DNA of 64,000 bases, from the NCBI RefSeq assembly GCF_009914755.1, contig NC_060942.1; one strand, given 5' to 3'. Source of the DNA: the human T2T-CHM13v2.0 reference genome, Homo sapiens. The position numbers and the translations under genes were made by a program. The notes beneath the pieces are model-generated. The model made no database searches, was not told the DNA's origin, and saw nothing but the letters and a program-made list of their open reading frames with translations. Positions 13,101 through 27,400 of this stretch are shown here, in pieces. Numbering within the stretch: position 1 is the stretch's first letter; the number at the start of each line of letters is the position of its first letter.

Positions 13101-13598
13101 TGTTTGCATTCAAGTCACAGAGTAGAACATTCCCTTTGGTAGAGCAGGTTTGAAACACTCTTTTTCTAGTATCTGGAAGTGGACATTTGGAGCGCTTTCA
13201 GGCCCATGTTGGAAAGGGAAATATCTTCCCGTAACAACTAGGCAGAAGCATTCTCAGAAACTTATTTGAGATGTGTGGACTCAACTAAGAGAATTGAACC
13301 ACCGTTTTGAAGGAGCAGTTTTGAAACCCTCTTTTTCTGGAATCTGCAAGAGTATATTTGCCTAGCCTTGAGGATTTCGTTGGAAACGGGATTGTCTTCA
13401 GATAAAATCTAGACAGAAGCATTCTCAGAAACTTCTTTGGGATGTTTGCATTCAAGTCACAGAGTAGAACATTCCCTTTGGTAGAGCAGGTTTGAAACAC
13501 TCTTTTTTTAGTATATGGAAGTGGACATTTGGAGCGCTTTCAGGCCTACGTTGGAAAAGGAAATATCTTCCCATAACAACTAGACAGAAGCATTCTCA

Positions 13599-16500
13599 GA
13601 AACTAGTTTCTGATGTGTGTCCTCAACTAACACAGTTGAACTTTTCTTTAGACAGAACAGTTTTGAAACACTCTTTTTGTGGAATCTGCAAGTGGATATT
13701 GGGTTAGATTTGAGGATTTCGTTGGAAAGGGGATTACACATAAAAAGCAGACAGCAGCATTCTCAGAAAGTTGTTTGTGATGATTGCATTCAAGTCACAG
13801 AATTGAACATTCCCTTTCACAGAGCAGGTTTGAAACACTCTTTTTGTAGTGTGTGTAAGTGGACATTTGGAGCGCTTTCCGGCCTAAGGTGAAAAAGGAC
13901 ATATCTTCCCATAAAAACTAGACAGAAGCATTCTCAGAAACTTACTCGTGATGTGTGTCCTCAACTAAAGGAGTAGAACCTTTCTATTCATAGAGAAGTT
14001 TTGAAACGCTCTTTTTGTGGAATCTCCAAGTGGATATTTGCCTAGTTTTGAGGATTTCGTTGGAAGCGGGAATTCATACAAATTGCAGACTGCAGCGTTC
14101 TGAGAAACATCTTTGTGATGTTTGTATTCAAGACACAGAGATGAACATTCCCTATCATAGAGCATGTTGGAATCACTCCTTTTGTAGTATCTGGAAGTGG
14201 ACATTTGGAGCGCTTTCAGGCCTATGTTGAAAAAGGAAATATCTTCCCATAAAAACTAGACACAAGCATTCTCAGAAACTTGTTTGTGATGTGTGCCCTC
14301 TACTGACAGAGTTGAACCTTTCTTTTCATAGAGCAGTTTTGAAACACTCTTTTTGTAGAATCCGCAAGAGGATATTTGCATAGCTTTGAGGATTTCGTGG
14401 GAAACGGGATTGTCTTCAGGTAAAATCTAGACAGAAGCATTCTCAGAAACTTCTTTGGGATGTTTGCATTCAAATCACAGAGTAGAACATTCCCTTTGGT
14501 AGAGCAGGTTTGAAACACTCTTTTTGTAGTATCTGGAAGTGGACATTTGGAGCGCTTTCAGGCCCATGTTGGAAAGGGAAATATCTTCCCGTAACAACTA
14601 GGCAGAAGCATTCTCAGAAACTTATTTGAGATGTGTGTACTCAACTAAGAGAATTGAACCACCGTTTTGAAGGAGCAGTTTTGAAACACTCTTTTTCTGG
14701 AATCTGCAAGAGTATATTTGCCTAGCCTTGAGGATTTCGTTGGAAACGGGATTGTCTTCAGATAAAATCTAGACAGAAGCATTCTCAGAAACTTCTTTGG
14801 GATGTTTGCATTCAAGTCACAGAGTAGAACATTCCCTTTGGTAGAGCAGGTTTGAAACACTCTTTTTTTAGTATATGGAAGTGGACATTTGGAGCGCTTT
14901 CAGGCCTACGTTGGAAAAGGAAATATCTTCCCATAACAACTAGACAGAAGCATTCTCAGAAACTAGTTTCTGATGTGTGTCCTCAACTGACACAGTTGTA
15001 CATTTCTTTAGACAGAACAGTTTTGAAACACTCTTTTTGTGGAATCTGCAAGTGGATATTGGGCTAGATTTGAGGATTTCGTTGGAAACGGGATTACATA
15101 TAAAAAGCAGTCAGCAGCATTCTCAGAAAGTTCTTTGTGATGATTGCATTCAAGTCACAGAATTGAACATTCCCTTTCACAGAGCAGGTTTGAAACACTC
15201 TTTTTGTAGTGTGTGTAAGTGGACATTTGGAGCGCTTTCCGGCCTAAGGTGAAAAAGGACATATCTTCCCATAAAAATTAGACAGAAGCATTCTCAGAAA
15301 CTTACTCGTGATGTGTGTCCTCAACTAAAGGAGTAGAACCTTTCTATTCATAGAGAAGTTTTGAAACGCTCTTTTTGTGGAATCTCCAAGTGGATATTTG
15401 GCTAGTTTTGAGGATTTCGTTGGAAGCGGGAATTCATACAAATTGCAGACTGCAGCGTTCTGAGAAACATCTTTGTGATGTTTGTATTCAAGACACAGAG
15501 ATGAACATTCCCTCTCATAGAGCATGTTGGAATCACTCCTTTTGTAGTATCTGGAAGTGGACATTTGGAGCGCTTTCAGGCCTATGTTGAAAAAGGAAAT
15601 ATCTTCCCATAACAACTAGACACAAGCATTCTCAGAAACTTGTTTGTGATGTGTGCCCTCTACTGACAGAGTTGAACCTTTCTTTTCATAGAGCAGTTTT
15701 GAAACACTCTTTTTGTAGAATCCGCAAGAGGATATTTGCATAGCTTTGAGGATTTCGTGGAAAACGGGATTGTCTTCAGGTAAAATCTAGACAGAAGCAT
15801 TCTCAGAAACTCCTTTGGGATGTTTGCATTCAAGTCACAGAGTAGAACATTCCCTTTGGTAGAGCAGGTTTGAAACACTCTTTTTGTAGTATCTGGAAGT
15901 GGACATTTGGAGCGCTTTCAGGCCCATGTTGGAAAGGGAAATATCTTCCCGTAACAACTAGGCAGAAGCATTCTCAGAAACTTATTTGAGATGTGTGTAC
16001 TCAACTAAGAGAATTGAACCACCGTTTTGAAGGAGCAGTTTTGAAACACTCTTTTTCTGGAATCTGCAAGAGTATATTTGCCTAGCCTTGAGGATTTCGT
16101 TGGAAACGGGATTGTCTTCAGATAAAATCTAGACAGAAGCATTCTCAGAAACTTCTTTGGGATGTTTGCATTCAAGTCACAGAGTAGAACATTCCCTTTG
16201 GTAGAGCAGGTTTGAAACACTCTTTTTTTAGTATATGGAAGGACATTTGGAGCGCTTTCAGGCCTACGTTGGAAAAGGAAATATCTTCCCATAACAACTA
16301 GACAGAAGCATTCTCAGAAACTAGTTTCTGATGTGTGTCCTCAACTAACACAGTTGAACTTTTCTTTAGACAGAACAGTTTTGAAACACTCTTTTTGTGG
16401 AATCTGCAAGTGGATATTGGGCTAGATTTGAGGATTTCGTTGGAAACGGGATTACATATAAAAAGAAGACAGCAGCATTCTCAGAAAGTTCTTTGTGATG

Positions 16501-19500
16501 ATTGCATTCAAGTCACAGAATTGAACATTCCCTTTCACAGAGCAGGTTTGAAACACTCTTTTTGTAGTGTGTGTAAGTGGACATTTGGAGCGCTTTCCGG
16601 CCTAAGGTGAAAAAGGACATATCTTCCCATAAAAACTAGACGGAAGCATCCTCAGAAACTTACTCGTGATGTGTGTCCTCAACTAAAGGAGTAGAACCTT
16701 TCTATTCATAGAGAAGTTTTGAAACGCTCTTTTTGTGGAATCTCCAAGTGGATATTTGGCTAGTTTTGAGGATTTCGTTGGAAGCGGGAATTCATACAAA
16801 TTGCAGACTGCAGCGTTCTGAGAAACATCTTTGTGATGTTTGTATTCAGGACACAGAGTTGAACATTCCCTATCATAGAGCAGGTTGGAATCACTCCTTT
16901 TGTAGTATCTGGAAGTGGACATTTGGAGCGCTTTCAGGCCTATGTTGATAAAGGAAATATCTTCCCATAACAACTAGACACAAGCATTCTCAGAAACTTG
17001 TTTGTGATGTGTGCCCTCTACTGACAGAGTTGAACCTTTCTTTTCATAGAGCAGTTTTGAAACACTCTTTTTGTAGAATCTGCAAGAGGATATTTGCATA
17101 GCTTTGAGGATTTCGTGGGAAACGGGATTGTCTTCAGGTAAAATCTAGACAGAAGCATTCTCAGAAACTTCTTTGGGATGTTTGCATTCAAGTCACAGAG
17201 TAGAACATTCCCTTTGGTAGAGCAGGTTTGAAACACTCTTTTTGTAGTATCTGGAAGTGGACATTTGGAGCGCTTTCAGGCCTATGTTGGAAAGGGAAAT
17301 ATCTTCCCGTAACAACTAGGCAGAAGCATTCTCAGAAACTTATTTGAGATGTGTGGACTCAACGAAGAGAATTGAACCACCGTTTTGAAGGAGCAGTTTT
17401 GAAACACTCTTTTTCTGGAATCTGCAAGAGTATATTTGCCTAGCCTTGAGGATTTCGTTGGAAACGGGATTGTCTTCAGATAAAATCTAGACAGAAGCAT
17501 TCTCAGAAACTTCTTTGGGATGTTTGCATTCAAGTCACAGAGTAGAACATTCCCTTTGGTAGAGCAGGTTTGAAACACTCTTTTTTTAGTATATGGAAGT
17601 GGACATTTGGAGCGCTTTCAGGCCTACGTTGGAAAAGGAAATATCTTCCCATAACAACTAGACAGAAGCATTCTCAGAAACTAGTTTCTGATGTGTGTCC
17701 TCAACTGACACAGTTGTACATTTCTTTAGACAGAACAGTTTTGAAACACTCTTTTTGTGGAATCTGCAAGTGGATATTGGGCTAGATTTGAGGATTTCGT
17801 TGGAAACGGGATTACATATAAAAAGCAGTCAGCAGCATTCTCAGAAAGTTCTTTGTGATGATTGCATTCAAGTCACAGAATTGAACATTCCCTTTCACAG
17901 AGCAGGTTTGAAACACTCTTTTTGTAGTGTGTGTAAGTGGACATTTGGAGCGCTTTCCGGCCTAAGGTGAAAAAGGACATATCTTCCCATAAAAATTAGA
18001 CAGAAGCATTCTCAGAAACTTACTCGTGATGTGTGTCCTCAACTAAAGGAGTAGAACCTTTCTATTCATAGAGAAGTTTTGAAACGCTCTTTTTGTGGAA
18101 TCTCCAAGTGGATATTTGGCTAGTTTTGAGGATTTCGTTGGAAGCGGGAATTCATACAAATTGCAGACTGCAGCGTTCTGAGAAACATCTTTGTGATGTT
18201 TGTATTCAAGACACAGAGATGAACATTCCCTCTCATAGAGCATGTTGGAATCACTCCTTTTGTAGTATCTGGAAGTGGACATTTGGAGCGCTTTCAGGCC
18301 TATGTTGAAAAAGGAAATATCTTCCCATAACAACTAGACACAAGCATTCTCAGAAACTTGTTTGTGATGTGTGCCCTCTACTGACAGAGTTGAACCTTTC
18401 TTTTCATAGAGCAGTTTTGAAACACTCTTTTTGTAGAATCCGCAAGAGGATATTTGCATAGCTTTGAGGATTTCGTGGAAAACGGGATTGTCTTCAGGTA
18501 AAATCTAGACAGAAGCATTCTCAGAAACTCCTTTGGGATGTTTGCATTCAAGTCACAGAGTAGAACATTCCCTTTGGTAGAGCAGGTTTGAAACACTCTT
18601 TTTGTAGTATCTGGAAGTGGACATTTGGAGCGCTTTCAGGCCCATGTTGGAAAGGGAAATATCTTCCCGTAACAACAAGGCAGAAGCATTCTCAGAAACT
18701 TATTTGAGATGTGTGTACTCAACTAAGAGAATTGAACCACCGTTTTGAAGGAGCAGTTTTGAAACACTCTTTTTCTGGAATCTGCAAGAGTATATTTGCC
18801 TAGCCTTGAGGATTTCGTTGGAAACGGGATTGTCTTCAGATAAAATCTAGACAGAAGCATTCTCAGAAACTTCTTTGGGATGTTTGCATTCAAGTCACAG
18901 AGTAGAACATTCCCTTTGGTAGAGCAGGTTTGAAACACTCTTTTTTTAGTATATGGAAGTGGACATTTGGAGCGCTTTCAGGCCTACGTTGGAAAAGGAA
19001 ATATCTTCCCATAACAACTAGACAGAAGCATTCTCAGAAACTAGTTTCTGATGTGTGTCCTCAACTAACACAGTTGAACTTTTCTTTAGACAGAACAGTT
19101 TTGAAACACTCTTTTTGTGGAATCTGCAAGTGGATATTGGGTTAGATTTGAGGATTTCGTTGGAAAGGGGATTACACATAAAAAGCAGACAGCAGCATTC
19201 TCAGAAAGTTGTTTGTGATGATTGCATTCAAGTCACAGAATTGAACATTCCCTTTCACAGAGCAGGTTTGAAACACTCTTTTTGTAGTGTGTGTAAGTGG
19301 ACATTTGGAGCGCTTTCCGGCCTAAGGTGAAAAAGGACATATCTTCCCATAAAAACTAGACAGAAGCATTCTCAGAAACTTACTCGTGATGTGTGTCCTC
19401 AACTAAAGGAGTAGAACCTTTCTATTCATAGAGAAGTTTTGAAACGCTCTTTTTGTGGAATCTCCAAGTGGATATTTGCCTAGTTTTGAGGATTTCGTTG

Positions 19501-22500
19501 GAAGCGGGAATTCATACAAATTGCAGACTGCAGCGTTCTGAGAAACATCTTTGTGATGTTTGTATTCAAGACACAGAGATGAACATTCCCTATCATAGAG
19601 CATGTTGGAATCACTCCTTTTGTAGTATCTGGAAGTGGACATTTGGAGCGCTTTCAGGCCTATGTTGAAAAAGGAAATATCTTCCCATAAAAACTAGACA
19701 CAAGCATTCTCAGAAACTTGTTTGTGATGTGTGCCCTCTACTGACAGAGTTGAACCTTTCTTTTCATAGAGCAGTTTTGAAACACTCTTTTTGTAGAATC
19801 CGCAAGAGGATATTTGCATAGCTTTGAGGATTTCGTGGGAAACGGGATTGTCTTCAGGTAAAATCTAGACAGAAGCATTCTCAGAAACTTCTTTGGGATG
19901 TTTGCATTCAAATCACAGAGTAGAACATTCCCTTTGGTAGAGCAGGTTTGAAACACTCTTTTTGTAGTATCTGGAAGTGGACATTTGGAGCGCTTTCAGG
20001 CCCATGTTGGAAAGGGAAATATCTTCCCGTAACAACTAGGCAGAAGCATTCTCAGAAACTTATTTGAGATGTGTGTACTCAACTAAGAGAATTGAACCAC
20101 CGTTTTGAAGGAGCAGTTTTGAAACACTCTTTTTCTGGAATCTGCAAGAGTATATTTGCCTAGCCTTGAGGATTTCGTTGGAAACGGGATTGTCTTCAGA
20201 TAAAATCTAGACAGAAGCATTCTCAGAAACTTCTTTGGGATGTTTGCATTCAAGTCACAGAGTAGAACATTCCCTTTGGTAGAGCAGGTTTGAAACACTC
20301 TTTTTTTAGTATATGGAAGTGGACATTTGGAGCGCTTTCAGGCCTACGTTGGAAAAGGAAATATCTTCCCATAACAACTAGACAGAAGCATTCTCAGAAA
20401 CTAGTTTCTGATGTGTGTCCTCAACTGACACAGTTGTACATTTCTTTAGACAGAACAGTTTTGAAACACTCTTTTTGTGGAATCTGCAAGTGGATATTGG
20501 GCTAGATTTGAGGATTTCGTTGGAAACGGGATTACATATAAAAAGCAGTCAGCAGCATTCTCAGAAAGTTCTTTGTGATGATTGCATTCAAGTCACAGAA
20601 TTGAACATTCCCTTTCACAGAGCAGGTTTGAAACACTCTTTTTGTAGTGTGTGTAAGTGGACATTTGGAGCGCTTTCCGGCCTAAGGTGAAAAAGGACAT
20701 ATCTTCCCATAAAAATTAGACAGAAGCATTCTCAGAAACTTACTCGTGATGTGTGTCCTCAACTAAAGGAGTAGAACCTTTCTATTCATAGAGAAGTTTT
20801 GAAACGCTCTTTTTGTGGAATCTCCAAGTGGATATTTGGCTAGTTTTGAGGATTTCGTTGGAAGCGGGAATTCATACAAATTGCAGACTGCAGCGTTCTG
20901 AGAAACATCTTTGTGATGTTTGTATTCAAGACACAGAGATGAACATTCCCTCTCATAGAGCATGTTGGAATCACTCCTTTTGTAGTATCTGGAAGTGGAC
21001 ATTTGGAGCGCTTTCAGGCCTATGTTGAAAAAGGAAATATCTTCCCATAACAACTAGACACAAGCATTCTCAGAAACTTGTTTGTGATGTGTGCCCTCTA
21101 CTGACAGAGTTGAACCTTTCTTTTCATAGAGCAGTTTTGAAACACTCTTTTTGTAGAATCCGCAAGAGGATATTTGCATAGCTTTGAGGATTTCGTGGAA
21201 AACGGGATTGTCTTCAGGTAAAATCTAGACAGAAGCATTCTCAGAAACTCCTTTGGGATGTTTGCATTCAAGTCACAGAGTAGAACATTCCCTTTGGTAG
21301 AGCAGGTTTGAAACACTCTTTTTGTAGTATCTGGAAGTGGACATTTGGAGCGCTTTCAGGCCCATGTTGGAAAGGGAAATATCTTCCCGTAACAACTAGG
21401 CAGAAGCATTCTCAGAAACTTATTTGAGATGTGTGTACTCAACTAAGAGAATTGAACCACCGTTTTGAAGGAGCAGTTTTGAAACACTCTTTTTCTGGAA
21501 TCTGCAAGAGTATATTTGCCTAGCCTTGAGTATTTCGTTGGAAACGGGATTGTCTTCAGATAAAATCTAGACAGAAGCATTCTCAGAAACTTCTTTGGGA
21601 TGTTTGCATTCAAGTCACAGAGTAGAACATTCCCTTTGGTAGAGCAGGTTTGAAACACTCTTTTTTTAGTATATGGAAGGACATTTGGAGCGCTTTCAGG
21701 CCTACGTTGGAAAAGGAAATATCTTCCCATAACAACTAGACAGAAGCATTCTCAGAAACTAGTTTCTGATGTGTGTCCTCAACTAACACAGTTGAACTTT
21801 TCTTTAGACAGAACAGTTTTGAAACACTCTTTTTGTGGAATCTGCAAGTGGATATTGGGCTAGATTTGAGGATTTCGTTGGAAACGGGATTACATATAAA
21901 AAGCAGACAGCAGCATTCTCAGAAAGTTCTTTGTGATGATTGCATTCAAGTCACAGAATTGAACATTCCCTTTCACAGAGCAGGTTTGAAACACTCTTTT
22001 TGTAGTGTGTGTAAGTGGACATTTGGAGCGCTTTCCGGCCTAAGGTGAAAAAGGACATATCTTCCCATAAAAACTAGACGGAAGCATCCTCAGAAACTTA
22101 CTCGTGATGTGTGTCCTCAACTAAAGGAGTAGAACCTTTCTATTCATAGAGAAGTTTTGAAACGCTCTTTTTGTGGAATCTCCAAGTGGATATTTGGCTA
22201 GTTTTGAGGATTTCGTTGGAAGCGGGAATTCATACAAATTGCAGACTGCAGCGTTCTGAGAAACATCTTTGTGATGTTTGTATTCAGGACACAGAGTTGA
22301 ACATTCCCTATCATAGAGCAGGTTGGAATCACTCCTTTTGTAGTATCTGGAAGTGGACATTTGGAGCGCTTTCAGGCCTATGTTGATAAAGGAAATATCT
22401 TCCCATAACAACTAGACACAAGCATTCTCAGAAACTTGTTTGTGATGTGTGCCCTCTACTGACAGAGTTGAACCTTTCTTTTCATAGAGCAGTTTTGAAA

Positions 22501-24472
22501 CACTCTTTTTGTAGAATCCGCAAGAGGATATTTGCATAGCTTTGAGGATTTCGTGGAAAACGGGATTGTCTTCAGGTAAAATCTAGACAGAAGCATTCTC
22601 AGAAACTCCTTTGGGATGTTTGCATTCAAGTCACAGAGTAGAACATTCCCTTTGGTAGAGCAGGTTTGAAACACTCTTTTTGTAGTATCTGGAAGTGGAC
22701 ATTTGGAGCGCTTTCAGGCCTATGTTGGAAAGGGAAATATCTTCCCGTAACAACTAGGCAGAAGCATTCTCAGAAACTTATTTGAGATGTGTGGACTCAA
22801 CGAAGAGAATTGAACCACCGTTTTGAAGGAGCAGTTTTGAAACACTCTTTTTCTGGAATCTGCAAGAGTATATTTGCCTAGCCTTGAGGATTTCGTTGGA
22901 AACGGGATTGTCTTCAGATAAAATCTAGACAGAAGCATTCTCAGAAACTTCTTTGGGATGTTTGCATTCAAGTCACAGAGTAGAACATTCCCTTTGGTAG
23001 AGCAGGTTTGAAACACTCTTTTTTTAGTATATGGAAGTGGACATTTGGAGCGCTTTCAGGCCTACGTTGGAAAAGGAAATATCTTCCCATAACAACTAGA
23101 CAGAAGCATTCTCAGAAACTAGTTTCTGATGTGTGTCCTCAACTGACACAGTTGTACATTTCTTTAGACAGAACAGTTTTGAAACACTCTTTTTGTGGAA
23201 TCTGCAAGTGGATATTGGGCTAGATTTGAGGATTTCGTTGGAAACGGGATTACATATAAAAAGCAGTCAGCAGCATTCTCAGAAAGTTCTTTGTGATGAT
23301 TGCATTCAAGTCACAGAATTGAACATTCCCTTTCACAGAGCAGGTTTGAAACACTCTTTTTGTAGTGTGTGTAAGTGGACATTTGGAGCGCTTTCCGGCC
23401 TAAGGTGAAAAAGGACATATCTTCCCATAAAAATTAGACAGAAGCATTCTCAGAAACTTACTCGTGATGTGTGTCCTCAACTAAAGGAGTAGAACCTTTC
23501 TATTCATAGAGAAGTTTTGAAACGCTCTTTTTGTGGAATCTCCAAGTGGATATTTGGCTAGTTTTGAGGATTTCGTTGGAAGCGGGAATTCATACAAATT
23601 GCAGACTGCAGCGTTCTGAGAAACATCTTTGTGATGTTTGTATTCAAGACACAGAGATGAACATTCCCTCTCATAGAGCATGTTGGAATCACTCCTTTTG
23701 TAGTATCTGGAAGTGGACATTTGGAGCGCTTTCAGGCCTATGTTGAAAAAGGAAATATCTTCCCATAACAACTAGACACAAGCATTCTCAGAAACTTGTT
23801 TGTGATGTGTGCCCTCTACTGACAGAGTTGAACCTTTCTTTTCATAGAGCAGTTTTGAAACACTCTTTTTGTAGAATCCGCAAGAGGATATTTGCATAGC
23901 TTTGAGGATTTCGTGGAAAACGGGATTGTCTTCAGGTAAAATCTAGACAGAAGCATTCTCAGAAACTCCTTTGGGATGTTTGCATTCAAGTCACAGAGTA
24001 GAACATTCCCTTTGGTAGAGCAGGTTTGAAACACTCTTTTTGTAGTATCTGGAAGTGGACATTTGGAGCGCTTTCAGGCCCATGTTGGAAAGGGAAATAT
24101 CTTCCCGTAACAACAAGGCAGAAGCATTCTCAGAAACTTATTTGAGATGTGTGTACTCAACTAAGAGAATTGAACCACCGTTTTGAAGGAGCAGTTTTGA
24201 AACACTCTTTTTCTGGAATCTGCAAGAGTATATTTGCCTAGCCTTGAGGATTTCGTTGGAAACGGGATTGTCTTCAGATAAAATCTAGACAGAAGCATTC
24301 TCAGAAACTTCTTTGGGATGTTTGCATTCAAGTCACAGAGTAGAACATTCCCTTTGGTAGAGCAGGTTTGAAACACTCTTTTTTTAGTATATGGAAGGAC
24401 ATTTGGAGCGCTTTCAGGCCTACGTTGGAAAAGGAAATATCTTCCCATAACAACTAGACAGAAGCATTCTCA
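13599..24472 (+). repeat. Tandem duplication of a 4-HOR block (period 5438 bp)
   Basis: Rare variants recur exactly 5438 bp apart: AACAACAAGG (18677/24115), the CENP-B box C>G (boxes at 13717/19155), the 2-bp deletion (16240/21678) and monomer-6 CCTATG (17283/22721). Confidence 0.88.
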
Positions 24473-27400
24473 GAAACTAGTTTCTGATGTGTGTCCTCAA
24501 CTAACACAGTTGAAGTTTTCTTTAGACAGAACAGTTTTGAAACACTCTTTTTGTGGAATCTGCAAGTGGATATTTGGCTAGATTTGAGGATTTCGTTGGA
24601 AACGGGATTACATATAAAAAGCAGACAGCAGCATTCTCAGAAAGTTCTTTGTGATGATTGCATTCAAGTCACAGAATTGAACATTCCCTTTCACAGAGCA
24701 GGTTTGAAACACTCTTTTTGTAGTGTGTGTAAGTGGACATTTGGAGCGCTTTCCGGCCTAAGGTGAAAAAGGACATATCTTCCCATAAAAACTAGACGGA
24801 AGCATCCTCAGAAACTTACTCGTGATGTGTGTCCTCAACTAAAGGAGTAGAACCTTTCTATTCATAGAGAAGTTTTGAAACGCTCTTTTTGTGGAATCTC
24901 CAAGTGGATATTTGGCTAGTTTTGAGGATTTCGTTGGAAGCGGGAATTCATACAAATTGCAGACTGCAGCGTTCTGAGAAACATCTTTGTGATGTTTGTA
25001 TTCAGGACACAGAGTTGAACATTCCCTATCATAGAGCAGGTTGGAATCACTCCTTTTGTAGTATCTGGAAGTGGACATTTGGAGCGCTTTCAGGCCTATG
25101 TTGATAAAGGAAATATCTTCCCATAACAACTAGACACAAGCATTCTCAGAAACTTGTTTGTGATGTGTGCCCTCTACTGACAGAGTTGAACCTTTCTTTT
25201 CATAGAGCAGTTTTGAAACACTCTTTTTGTAGAATCTGCAAGAGGATATTTGCATAGCTTTGAGGATTTCGTGGGAAACGGGATTGTCTTCAGGTAAAAT
25301 CTAGACAGAAGCATTCTCAGAAACTTCTTTGGGATGTTTGCATTCAAGTCACAGAGTAGAACATTCCCTTTGGTAGAGCAGGTTTGAAACACTCTTTTTG
25401 TAGTATCTGGAAGTGGACATTTGGAGCGCTTTCAGGCCCATGTTGGAAAGGGAAATATCTTCCCGTAACAACTAGGCAGAAGCATTCTCAGAAACTTATT
25501 TGAGATGTGTGGACTCAACTAAGAGAATTGAACCACCGTTTTGAAGGAGCAGTTTTGAAACACTCTTTTTCTGGAATCTGCAAGAGTATATTTGCCTAGC
25601 CTTGAGGATTTCGTTGGAAACGGGATTGTCTTCAGATAAAATCTAGACAGAAGCATTCTCAGAAACTTCTTTGGGATGTTTGCATTCAAGTCACAGAGTA
25701 GAACATTCCCTTTGGTAGAGCAGGTTTGAAACACTCTTTTTTTAGTATATGGAAGTGGACATTTGGAGCGCTTTCAGGCCTACGTTGGAAAAGGAAATAT
25801 CTTCCCATAACAACTAGACAGAAGCATTCTCAGAAACTAGTTTCTGATGTGTGTCCTCAACTGACACAGTTGCACATTTCTTTAGACAGAACAGTTTTGA
25901 AACACTCTTTTTGTGGAATCTGCAAGTGGATATTGGGCTAGATTTGAGGATTTCGTTGGAAACGGGATTACATATAAAAAGCAGTCAGCAGCATTCTCAG
26001 AAAGTTCTTTGTGATGATTGCATTCAAGTCACAGAATTGAACATTCCCTTTCACAGAGCAGGTTTGAAACACTCTTTTTGTAGTGTGTGTAAGTGGACAT
26101 TTGGAGCGCTTTCCGGCCTAAGGTGAAAAAGGACATATCTTCCCATAAAAATTAGACAGAAGGATTCTCAGAAACTTACTCGTGATGTGTGTCCTCAACT
26201 AAAGGAGTAGAACCTTTCTATTCATAGAGAAGTTTTGAAACGCTCTTTTTGTGGAATCTCCAAGTGGATATTTGGCTAGTTTTGAGGATTTCGTTGGAAG
26301 CGGGAATTCATACAAATTGCAGACTGCAGCGTTCTGAGAAACATCTTTGTGATGTTTGTATTCAAGACACAGAGATGAACATTCCCTCTCATAGAGCATG
26401 TTGGAATCACTCCTTTTGTAGTATCTGGAAGTGGACATTTGGAGCGCTTTCAGGCCTATGTTGAAAAAGGAAATATCTTCCCATAACAACTAGACACAAG
26501 CATTCTCAGAAACTTGTTTGTGATGTGTGCCCTCTACTGACAGAGTTGAACCTTTCTTTTCATAGAGCAGTTTTGAAACACTCTTTTTGTAGAATCCGCA
26601 AGAGGATATTTGCATAGCTTGGAGGATTTCGTGGGAAACGGGATTGTCTTCAGGTAAAATCTAGACAGAAGCATTCTCAGAAACTCCTTTGGGATGTTTG
26701 CATTCAAGTCACAGAGTAGAACATTCCCTTTGGTAGAGCAGGTTTGCAACACTCTTTTTGTAGTATCTGGAAGTGGACATTTGGAGCGCTTTCAGGCCCA
26801 TGTTGGAAAGGGAAATATCTTCCCGTAACAACTAGGCAGAAGCATTCTCAGAAACTTATTTAAGATGTGTGTACTCAACTAAGAGAATTGAACCACCGTT
26901 TTGAAGGAGCAGTTTTGAAACACTCTTTTTCTGGAATCTGCAAGAGTATATTTGCCTAGCCTTGAGGATTTCGTTGGAAACGGGATTGTCTTCAGATAAA
27001 ATCTAGACAGAAGCACTCTCAGAAACTTCTTTGGGATGTTTGCATTCAAGTCACAGAGTAGAACATTCCCTTTGGTAGAGCAGGTTTGAAACACTCTTTT
27101 TTTAGTATATGGAAGGACATTTGGAGCGCTTTGAGGCCTACGTTGGAAAAGGAAATATCTTCCCATAACAACTAGACAGAAGCATTCTCAGAAACTAGTT
27201 TCTGATGTGTGTCCTCAACTAACACAGTTGAACTTTTCTTTAGACAGAACAGTTTTGAAACACTCTTTTTGTGGAATCTGCAAGTGGATATTTGGCTAGA
27301 TTTGAGGATTTCGTTGGAAACGGGATTACATATAAAAAGCAGACAGCAGCATTCTCAGAAAGTTCTTTGTGATGATTGCATTCAAGTCACAGAATTGAAC

